Below are positions 40,099-48,434 of a stretch of DNA of 53,487 nt, piece after piece. The position numbers and the translations under genes were made by a program. The first letter of the stretch is position 1; the number at the start of each line of letters is the position of its first letter. Below the pieces are notes generated by a model. The model was not told the DNA's origin, did no database searches, and was given only the letters and a program-made list of their open reading frames with translations. Origin of the DNA: Chitinophaga pinensis (GTDB lineage Bacteria; Bacteroidota; Bacteroidia; UKL13-3); the NCBI GenBank assembly GCA_945873755.1, contig CAMCEM010000005.1, positions 1-53,487 of the forward strand, read 5' to 3'.

Positions 40099-40593
40099 TT
40101 ATCCTAAAAAATTCTTCAACATTCCTCCAATTCCACCACTTTCACCATCAGTTTTACTTCCACCAAACATATTTCCTATCATTCCACCTAAATTTGCTCC
40201 ACCTAAACTACTTACAATAGACTTTACATCAAACGAGTTATCGTTTGGATTGTTGGTTTTTGATACCAATTGATTCATAACTTGAGGAATTAAACTGTTT
40301 GCAATATTGCCTGCATCAGCACCACTTACATTAAATTTTGAAGTTAAACTAGAAGTTAAATTTTCAATAATACTTGAAACAATTGGATTGTTGGCTAAAC
40401 TGCCTGCACCACCTTTTAACAAATCAGTTAATCCACCCAAATTTCCTGATGATAAAGCAGATTTTAGTCCGTCAGTAATAGCTGAACCAGTTTCAGAAAT
40501 TGCAGCATCGTTGTGCTCGTTTGAAATTGCTTGATTATTTACAATTAAATCACCAGCATTTTCTTTTATTAAATTTAATAAATTTTCTATCAT
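40099..40593 (-). CDS. Gly-rich hypothetical protein (DUF937/YidB-like)
   Basis: 164 aa; amphipathic helices; Gly-rich C-terminus. Confidence 0.7.
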   Translation of the reverse strand: MIENLLNLIKENAGDLIVNNQAISNEHNDAAISETGSAITDGLKSALSSGNLGGLTDLLKGGAGSLANNPIVSSIIENLTSSLTSKFNVSGADAGNIANSLIPQVMNQLVSKTNNPNDNSFDVKSIVSSLGGANLGGMIGNMFGGSKTDGESGGIGGMLKNFLG

Positions 40594-40626
40594 AATTTTT
40601 ATATAATTATTGTTTGAATTAATGTT

Positions 40627-42291
40627 TTAAAATAATTTTTGAGTTTGAAAATAATTTTTGAGTTCAGTAGCAGAATATGCATTTAAACAGTTCTCTTTTG
40701 TTAAGCCACCTTTTCGAGCAATTAAAGTTCCATAATACATATCTTTCAATCCTTCTATACTGTGTGCATCGGGGTTTATGCACAGTTTTACGCCTTTGTT
40801 CAATGCATAATCTATGTATCGCCAATCTAAATCTAATCGGTATGGATTGGCATTAATTTCAATGGCTACTTTATTGGCTGCACAAGCATCAATAATTTTA
40901 AAATGATTTATAGGGTAACCTTCTCTCAACAGCAATAACCTTCCAGTTGGGTGTCCTAAAATGGTTGTATATGGATTTTCAATTGCAGAAATTAATCTAC
41001 TCATGGCTTTTTCTTCGTTCATTTTTAAAATGCTATGCACCGAAGCCACCACATAATCAAAACTAGAAAGTACATCATCAGAATAATCTAATTGACCATT
41101 GTATAAAATATCACATTCTATTCCTTTAAAAATAGTAAAATTAGGGTTGGCAATATTTAATTTATCAATTTCATCGTGTTGAAGTAAAATATGTTCTTCA
41201 CTCAATCCATTGGCGTAAAAAGCAGCTTTGCTATGATCGGCTATTCCAAAATAACTGTACCCCATTTTTTGACAAGCTTTAGCCATTTCAGCAATGGTAT
41301 TTAACCCATCGCTCCAAGTTGAATGGTTGTGTAAAGCTCCTTTCAAATCAGCATACTCAATTAAAACAGGAAGTTTATTATTTTTTGCAAGTTCAACTTC
41401 ATTCAAACCTTCCCTCAACTCAGGTTCTATAAAAGGTAAATCAATACTTTGATATATCTCTATTTCGCTTTTTAAATTTCTATTTATCCTATTTAAATCA
41501 AGTAATTCTAAATGACTTTTGGTAGCAGTATTTTCAAATAAATTCCATATAAATTTTTCATCACTACATAAAAGCAGTTTAATTGGTATATGCTCAAATT
41601 TACCATCAATTGTTTCATTGAGTGATTCAATTTCAGTAAACTGATTATTTTTACTTATTTCATTAAGTAAATCATTGGTAGATTCAGTACTAACAACAAA
41701 TTCAATTGTATCAATTATTTCAATTTTTCGTCTTAAATCTCCACTTATTGAAACTCTTTTAACAGAAATAAAATGCTTTAAAATTTCACCTAATTGCAAA
41801 GCAATATTTTCTACTTTAGAATAATGAAATTTATTTGCGCTTGCATACATAAATTCAATTTGGTTAATTACATTTTGTTGTGTTTTTAAACCAAATCCTT
41901 TTGCTTGAGCCAGCCTGTTTTCTTTGCATGCATATAGTAATTCTCCTATTTCTTCTATTTCAAGTTCTTTCCAAATAATGGCAATTTTTTTAGGTCCAAT
42001 GCCTTTAATTTTCATCATTTGTAAAACACCTTCAGGTGTATTGGCAATTATTTCATTTAATTCTGCAAAGCTTTCAGTTCTATTTATTTCATCAATTTTA
42101 GCTGCAATTCCTTTACCTATTCCTTCTATTTTTTCAAGTTCAGGAATGGTTAAATTTTCTAGTGCAGTAAGCATTTTATCAATTCTGAAAAATGCATTAG
42201 TAAATTGTTTTGTTTTAAAGGGATTGGCTCCATGTAACTCGCTTAAGTCGGCATAAAGTTTAAATAAATCGGCTATATCAGAATTAGTCAT
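40627..42291 (-). CDS. polX: PolX-PHP (family X polymerase-like domain with 3'-5' exonuclease PHP domain)
   Basis: HhH motifs IEGIGKG and IKGIGPKK, PELRE; PHP motifs H.H.TWSDG, DHS, HPTGR, NPDAH. Confidence 0.92.
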   Translation of the reverse strand: MTNSDIADLFKLYADLSELHGANPFKTKQFTNAFFRIDKMLTALENLTIPELEKIEGIGKGIAAKIDEINRTESFAELNEIIANTPEGVLQMMKIKGIGPKKIAIIWKELEIEEIGELLYACKENRLAQAKGFGLKTQQNVINQIEFMYASANKFHYSKVENIALQLGEILKHFISVKRVSISGDLRRKIEIIDTIEFVVSTESTNDLLNEISKNNQFTEIESLNETIDGKFEHIPIKLLLCSDEKFIWNLFENTATKSHLELLDLNRINRNLKSEIEIYQSIDLPFIEPELREGLNEVELAKNNKLPVLIEYADLKGALHNHSTWSDGLNTIAEMAKACQKMGYSYFGIADHSKAAFYANGLSEEHILLQHDEIDKLNIANPNFTIFKGIECDILYNGQLDYSDDVLSSFDYVVASVHSILKMNEEKAMSRLISAIENPYTTILGHPTGRLLLLREGYPINHFKIIDACAANKVAIEINANPYRLDLDWRYIDYALNKGVKLCINPDAHSIEGLKDMYYGTLIARKGGLTKENCLNAYSATELKNYFQTQKLF

Positions 42292-42298
42292 TAAATTA

Positions 42299-42637
42299 TT
42301 ATTTTAAAAAATATTGTTTTATAAAAGTATTCCAAACATAAACAAGCATTGTTAAAATACCACCAATGAAAAATATTAATGAAATAGATTTTGGAATATT
42401 GTTGTAAAAATCGCTTACCATCCATGCACTGTTCGCACAAATCCAAAATATAATTGCAAGGTTTACAATAATTAAATTAAAGTTATTTTTTGAAAGATAT
42501 AAAACATAAAAAGCCATTGCTAAAGTAGGTAAAATCATTATTGCGCCAGCAGTTTTAAACTCCAACATCCAACACATATCTTTAAAAAGCCAAAATACCA
42601 CATGCAAGTTTTCGGTTTTACGGAGTTTATCAATCAT
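42299..42637 (-). CDS. Hypothetical membrane protein
   Basis: ENLH..FWL.KD.CW and WICANS.WM; hydrophobic. Confidence 0.78.
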   Translation of the reverse strand: MIDKLRKTENLHVVFWLFKDMCWMLEFKTAGAIMILPTLAMAFYVLYLSKNNFNLIIVNLAIIFWICANSAWMVSDFYNNIPKSISLIFFIGGILTMLVYVWNTFIKQYFLK

Positions 42638-42841
42638 TATATTATTACAAATTATTTTTACAATAATAAATATAATTGGATTAATACTTGGCGTTTTGAG
42701 GTTGAAACAATTAAAAATATATCGAATTCAAACTGTATTATCCTTAAATAGGTTGACTCCAAAATGTTCCGAATAAAATTCCTCTCTTTGAGCGTGAAGC
42801 GATAGCAATTGTTGGCAGTCAGTGGTGTTTTTTGTTTACTT

Positions 42842-44125
42842 TTAAAGCAATTGCTTACAAATACTATAAAAATTGGGTCTGGCTAAAATATTTTCTTGCA
42901 TGCAATTGTCTTTTATTTCTTCCAATATTTTAATAGTTGTATCATGTTTGTCGGTATTTGTATTCATTAACAAATCGTCTAGCATGCATCCGTAAGCCCT
43001 TACTTCTATTTTTTCAATTAACTCTGCTTCTTTTGATTCTTTATTGTAAAAAGTGGCAGCACCAAAATCGCCAAATAGGTTATCGCCATTTTCGTTGTAT
43101 AAAATATTGTGTGCATATAAATCGCCATGGTTTATGCCTTTACTATGAAGTTGTGCACTTACAGATGCTATGCCTTTGGCAATTGAAATAATTTGATTTA
43201 GAGTAAAGTTAGTATCAGCATTAAATACATCGCGCGAGCAACTTTCCAAACTTGGAGGATTACCTAAGTTTTTATAGTTAGGTGATATTAATTCCATCAC
43301 TAAACCATCTTTGTTTTCTGGATGATTTTTTATTTTACCTAAAATTGGAATTAAATTGGGGTGCTCTCCTGCTTGTAAACATGCATTCATTTCGCTTAAA
43401 GGCAACCCATCGCTAGTAACTTCGCCTTTAAAAACTTTAACTGCTATTTTTTTATTATTCATTTCAGCTTTTGAAATTATACCTGATGCTCCCTGTCCTA
43501 AAATTTCTTTTAGTGCTATTTCGTTCCAATCAAATTGATGTAAATTATTGGTTATTTGTTCTTTTTCGCTAAATGGATTTCCTGCAAAAGCAATCCATGA
43601 TAGTTTAGGTAACTGTTCAATCCAATGAGGTAATTTGGTTAATAAATTGGCTGAAATTCTTATCAATTCTAAGTTTTTACAGTTGGCCAATTCTACTGGT
43701 AAAGTTTTTAATTTATTTCCTGCCAAAGCCAATTTTTGCAAAGGGAAACAATTGCCAATGGATGCAGGAATTACTTCAATTTGGTTATTGGTTAAAATAA
43801 GCCAACGGGTAGTTTTAGGCAAAGCATTTTCACTTACTGTTTTAATTTGGTTCGATTTAAAACCAATCATTTCTAAACTTTGGCATTTACCCAAAACTTC
43901 AGGCAATTCTGTAAACAAATTATCAGAGAAAAAAGCAATTTTGAGTTTACTTAATTTATCAAAATTAGGAGGTAAACTACTTAATTTATTATGCGATAAA
44001 TCTAATATTTCTAAGGAATCGGCTAAGTCAAGAATCTCCAACGGAAACTCAGTTAAGTTACACGAAAGTTTTAAATGTTTTATTCCTATTAATTCTCCTG
44101 AAAGAAGTTGTTGTATGGTTTGCAT
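42842..44125 (-). CDS. Leucine-rich repeat protein fused to a Ser/Thr kinase-like domain
   Basis: LxLxxNxLxxLP repeats; LGQGASG, AVK, HGDLYAHN, DFG. Confidence 0.9.
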   Translation of the reverse strand: MQTIQQLLSGELIGIKHLKLSCNLTEFPLEILDLADSLEILDLSHNKLSSLPPNFDKLSKLKIAFFSDNLFTELPEVLGKCQSLEMIGFKSNQIKTVSENALPKTTRWLILTNNQIEVIPASIGNCFPLQKLALAGNKLKTLPVELANCKNLELIRISANLLTKLPHWIEQLPKLSWIAFAGNPFSEKEQITNNLHQFDWNEIALKEILGQGASGIISKAEMNNKKIAVKVFKGEVTSDGLPLSEMNACLQAGEHPNLIPILGKIKNHPENKDGLVMELISPNYKNLGNPPSLESCSRDVFNADTNFTLNQIISIAKGIASVSAQLHSKGINHGDLYAHNILYNENGDNLFGDFGAATFYNKESKEAELIEKIEVRAYGCMLDDLLMNTNTDKHDTTIKILEEIKDNCMQENILARPNFYSICKQLL

Positions 44126-44231
44126 TAACTACTTGTTGATTTGTTGATTTACGATTTTTTGTGGTTTTTATTTTGGCTACTGGTAGCCAGCAATTAGATT
44201 TCCTCAAATTAGAAAGTAATGAATTTAAGAA

Positions 44232-44753
44232 TTAGTTTTCATCTTTCATTCTTTTCCATTCCGATTTGTCAATACTGTTTGTATCAATTATTGTAGACCA
44301 AATAAAATAATGTCCAATGGGTACAATTTTATACATCTTATATTTAGGATAATCCCCATCCATTGCTCCGCAATCCAGATGCTTTCTGACAATTTTTGTA
44401 GAAATATTATTTTTATTTACAAAAAAATCACCTGATTCAATATTCCCACACATTGATCCAAGTATTGATATAAACATTATAAATACGGTTATAAAAACAT
44501 ATCCAAAACTAGTCAATAAATGAACAAGCTTTTGTTTTAAATCATTCTTTTTAAATATTGAGATAATATGATACAAAAATACGAGTATTGGTAAGCACCA
44601 TAATCGAAAAGTGTAATAATTGGATAAGTAATTTTCATCACTAAACTCCAAAGGAGAAAATGTAAGAATAATTGCAACTAAAATCCACAATATGATTGCG
44701 AACAAAGTAAATAATTTGATTTTTCCTATGTAATAAGACTTATCTAAATTCAT
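44232..44753 (-). CDS. Hypothetical membrane protein
   Basis: Three hydrophobic segments followed by a soluble part with DCGA; start at 44753 or 44759. Confidence 0.65.
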   Translation of the reverse strand: MNLDKSYYIGKIKLFTLFAIILWILVAIILTFSPLEFSDENYLSNYYTFRLWCLPILVFLYHIISIFKKNDLKQKLVHLLTSFGYVFITVFIMFISILGSMCGNIESGDFFVNKNNISTKIVRKHLDCGAMDGDYPKYKMYKIVPIGHYFIWSTIIDTNSIDKSEWKRMKDEN

Positions 44754-44775
44754 TTCCAATCATGTAAATATTCGT

Positions 44776-44954
44776 ATTTTTCTAATCTTAAATAATCCGT
44801 CTGACGCTTGCCAAGCAATGCCCAACAATACGTCTGACGGAGTGAAACTATGAATTCTTGGTAATATTTCTAATCAAAAAAATCCGTCTGACGCTTGCCA
44901 AGCAATGCCCAACAATGCGTCTGACGGAGTGAAACTATGAATTTTTCTAATCTT
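44776..44954. repeat. Two 63-bp direct repeats (period 87) with REP-like arms, flanked by 14-bp direct repeats
   Basis: aatccgtctgacgcttgccaagcaatgcccaacaat[ag]cgtctgacggagtgaaactatgaatt at 44794 and 44881; atttttctaatctt at 44776 and 44941. Confidence 0.9.
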
Positions 44955-44963
44955 TCATCAACC

Positions 44964-46628
44964 TTAGCTTAAACCCGTAATCTCTCCATTTACAAAATCA
45001 ATGTGCATAGCAGCGGGGTCTTTTGGTAAACCTGGCATACGCATAATTTCTCCTGCAACTGCTACAATAAATCCTGCTCCGTTGTTCAATACCAAGTTTT
45101 CAATATGAATATTAAATCCTTCGGCAGCTCCTACTAATGCCGCGTTATCAGTAAAACTAAATTGCGTTTTAGCAATACAAACTGGCAATTTATCAGCACC
45201 TAAATCAGTTATTTTCTTTAAGGCAGCTTTGGCATTTTTACCCAAAGTTATGCTGCTTCCTTTGTATATTTTTGTAACAATACTTTTTATTTTTTCTTCA
45301 ATCGTATCGTTCAAATTATAAGTATGGTTGATGGGTTTACTTGGATTATTTTCTACAATTTCAACCACTTTTTTAGCCAATTCAACTGCACCATTTCCAC
45401 CATTTGCAAATCCTTCATTAATGGCAAAATGAGCGCCTTTTTCTTTGCACCAATTTTCAATATAAGCAATTTCTTCATCCGTATCAAAACCAAATTTATT
45501 TAAAGCAACAATTACAGTTTGTCCAAATTGTTGTAGGTTTTCAATATGGCGTTCTACATTTTTTATTCCAGCTTTTAAGCCATCCATATTGGGTTGTTTA
45601 ATTAACTTTTCGTCAACTTTACCATGCAATTTTATTGATTGAGTAGTAGTAACCAAAACAGTAGCTTTAGGACTAATTCCTGCTGCTCTGCATTTAATAT
45701 TTAAAAACTTTTCTCCACCTAAATCGCTTCCAAAACCTGCTTCGGTAACAGCATATTCTCCATATTGCATAGCAGCTTTGGTAGCCATAATACTGTTACA
45801 ACCGTGGGCAATATTAGCAAACGGACCTCCATGAATAAATGCTGCGCCTCCTTCAATGGTTTGTACTAAATTAGGCTGAAAAGCATCTTTTAATAAAGTA
45901 ACCAATGCACCAGCTACTCCTAAATCTTTTACATAAAAAGGTGTATTGTCGTATTTATAACCAATCAATATATTTTCAATGCGAGCACGCAAATCATCTA
46001 ACGAAGTGGAAAGGCAAAAAATTGCCATAATTTCGGAAGCAGGTGTAATATCAAAACCTGTTTCAGTAGGTATGCCATTGCTTGATCCATTTAAGCCCGA
46101 AACCATATAACGCAACGAACGATCATTTACATCCAACACCCTGCGCCATAAAATTTGCTTTAAACCATTCGGATTGTTTTTATTGAAATATTGGTAATTA
46201 TCAATCAAAGCTGCTAAAGTATTATTAGCCGAAGTAATGGCGTGAAAATCGCCTGTAAAATGCAAGTTGATATCTTCCATTGGCAATACTTGACTATAAC
46301 CTCCACCGGCAGCGCCACCTTTCATTCCAAAGCAAGGACCTAAAGAAGGCTCACGCAATGCAACAATGGCTTTTTTACCTATTTTATTTAACCCTTGAGC
46401 CAAGGCAACAGAAGTTGTAGTTTTACCGCTTCCACTTTTATTAGGAGTAGTAGCAGTTACTAAAATTAAATTGCTTTGTGCTATTTTTTGTTCATCAAAA
46501 TTAAAAGTAATTTTAGCTTTATACTTACCATATTGCTCTACTTGATCTTCAGAAATTCCTATGCTTTCAGCAATTTTTTGAATGGGTTGAAGTTTTACTT
46601 CACGTGCAATTTCTATATCTGATTTCAT
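44964..46628 (-). CDS. fhs: Formate--tetrahydrofolate ligase
   Basis: YGKYKAK, REPSLGP, KGGAAGGGYSQV, HGGPFANIAHG, MRMPGLP. Confidence 0.97.
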   Translation of the reverse strand: MKSDIEIAREVKLQPIQKIAESIGISEDQVEQYGKYKAKITFNFDEQKIAQSNLILVTATTPNKSGSGKTTTSVALAQGLNKIGKKAIVALREPSLGPCFGMKGGAAGGGYSQVLPMEDINLHFTGDFHAITSANNTLAALIDNYQYFNKNNPNGLKQILWRRVLDVNDRSLRYMVSGLNGSSNGIPTETGFDITPASEIMAIFCLSTSLDDLRARIENILIGYKYDNTPFYVKDLGVAGALVTLLKDAFQPNLVQTIEGGAAFIHGGPFANIAHGCNSIMATKAAMQYGEYAVTEAGFGSDLGGEKFLNIKCRAAGISPKATVLVTTTQSIKLHGKVDEKLIKQPNMDGLKAGIKNVERHIENLQQFGQTVIVALNKFGFDTDEEIAYIENWCKEKGAHFAINEGFANGGNGAVELAKKVVEIVENNPSKPINHTYNLNDTIEEKIKSIVTKIYKGSSITLGKNAKAALKKITDLGADKLPVCIAKTQFSFTDNAALVGAAEGFNIHIENLVLNNGAGFIVAVAGEIMRMPGLPKDPAAMHIDFVNGEITGLS

Positions 46629-46701
46629 ATTTTTTAAAAACGCAATGTTGAATAATTAAATGAAATTACAAAATACAAATTTTAAAACAATTAAAATAAC
46701 A

Positions 46702-47055
46702 TTACAAAAACTTCTTCCACCATTTAACTTTTAAGCCAATATAAACACCATCAGTTCTTAACTCTGTTGGATAGGTTTCTACATAATCGCCTTGGTTTCC
46801 GTTACCTTTTCCCGTTCTTGGATTGTATTTATACCTGTGTATGGGGCAAATTACAAATTCATTTTCATCGCATTTACCATTGCCGAGTGGCGCTCCTGCA
46901 TGAGGGCATTTATCGTCTATAGCAAAAAATCCATCGTGCAAACGAACTAAACAAATTCGTTTGCCTTCAATATCTATTGATCTTACCGAATTTAATTGTT
47001 GTGGTTCTTTGCCATCTAAATTAAAATCGTAAATTTTATAAAAATTAATTGCCAT
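46702..47055 (-). CDS. Rieske [2Fe-2S] ferredoxin
   Basis: CPH ... CPIH motifs. Confidence 0.9.
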   Translation of the reverse strand: MAINFYKIYDFNLDGKEPQQLNSVRSIDIEGKRICLVRLHDGFFAIDDKCPHAGAPLGNGKCDENEFVICPIHRYKYNPRTGKGNGNQGDYVETYPTELRTDGVYIGLKVKWWKKFL

Positions 47056-47058
47056 TAA

Positions 47059-48279
47059 TTATATGTGTGCAGAAAGTAATAAATCAATGTCTTTGTGGTA
47101 AATGCTTAACCTTTTGCCTATGTGTTTATTTGTTAAATTACCTTTATAAACATACACTCCATTGCGCGCTCCAGCATTGTTGTATAAAAAAGTTGGGATG
47201 TCTTTGGCATCTGCCAATTTTAGTAAAAGTGGAGTAAATACATTACTTAAAGCATAGCTGGCTGTTCTGCAAACTCTACTTGTTATATTTGGTACACAAT
47301 AATGAATTACATCGTGTTTAATAAAAGTAGGATTTTTGTGGTTTGTAGTTTCGCTTGTTTCAAAAATTCCACCTTGGTCAATGCTTATATCAATAATAAC
47401 CGACATTGGTTTCATTTGTGTTACCATTTCTTCAGTAATAATTACAGGACTTCTGCCATCTTCACTTCGCATACAACCAATTACTACATCGGCTGTATGT
47501 AGTGCTTTGCAAATTATTTTAGGATGTAGCAAACTGGTAAAAATTCCACTACGTAAGTTGTCTTGTATTCTGCGTAATTTTGATAGGGAATAGTCGAAAA
47601 CTTTAACCATTGCACCTTTACCTAAAGCTGCTTTTGCTGCATACTCTCCTACTGTTCCAGCACCAATAATTACTATTTCAGTAGGAGGAATTCCTGTAAC
47701 TCCACCTAACATTTCGCCTTTACCACCAAATGCAGAACTTAATAATTCATCGGCTATACTTATAGAAGTAGTTCCAGCTATTTCGCTTAATGTTCTAATT
47801 ACTGGGTACAAGCCATCTTGGTCTTTTAAATTTTCATACGAAATAGCAGTAATTTTTTTCTGCATTAAATGCCTTATAAATATTTCATTTTTACTACCAT
47901 GTTGCAACGCTGAAATTAGTAAATGCTGAGGGGTCAATAATTTTATTTCATCTTCGGTTGGTGGTTCTACTTTTAAAATAATATTTGCTTTAAATACTTC
48001 TTCTTTAGTGTAACATATTTTTGCTCCAGCCTCACTAAATTCTTTATCGGTAAAATGTGCATTTTTACCAGCACCAGTTTCTATCCATACTTCGTTTCCA
48101 TTATTTACCAAAAGCTGAATAGATGATGGTGTTAAAGGAATTCGGCTTTCTTGTAAAGTAGTTTCTTTTGGAACTCCAATATATAATACATGGTTGGGAT
48201 TGCGCTTTTCTAGCAACGCTTCTTTAGGTTGAAGCGAAGCTTGTTTAGCTAGTTCTGAAAATCCGAAATGTTGATCCAT
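47059..48279 (-). CDS. ald: Alanine dehydrogenase (AlaDH/PNT family)
   Basis: IGVPKE, LSEIAG, GAGTVG, DISIDQGG.FET, HYCVPN. Confidence 0.85.
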   Translation of the reverse strand: MDQHFGFSELAKQASLQPKEALLEKRNPNHVLYIGVPKETTLQESRIPLTPSSIQLLVNNGNEVWIETGAGKNAHFTDKEFSEAGAKICYTKEEVFKANIILKVEPPTEDEIKLLTPQHLLISALQHGSKNEIFIRHLMQKKITAISYENLKDQDGLYPVIRTLSEIAGTTSISIADELLSSAFGGKGEMLGGVTGIPPTEIVIIGAGTVGEYAAKAALGKGAMVKVFDYSLSKLRRIQDNLRSGIFTSLLHPKIICKALHTADVVIGCMRSEDGRSPVIITEEMVTQMKPMSVIIDISIDQGGIFETSETTNHKNPTFIKHDVIHYCVPNITSRVCRTASYALSNVFTPLLLKLADAKDIPTFLYNNAGARNGVYVYKGNLTNKHIGKRLSIYHKDIDLLLSAHI

Positions 48280-48320
48280 AGTTTATTTAAAGGCAATAGT
48301 TCAAAAATAACCGAATTATG

Positions 48321-48328
48321 CAAAATTA
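48321..48328 (-). promoter_or_regulatory. Putative -7 box (TAATTTTG) for ald
   Basis: TAnnTTTG match upstream of 48279. Confidence 0.45.
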
Positions 48329-48434
48329 CAATTTATAAAAAATAAAAAATTATTACTAATTTAAATAAATAACAATGTTTTTAACAATTTTATAAAAACT
48401 ATAACTATAATTACAAAAAAAAATTAATAGCTAA

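Noticed and set aside
44794-44943. Mini-CRISPR
   Set aside because: Only two 63-nt units, too long for CRISPR repeats, and no cas genes.
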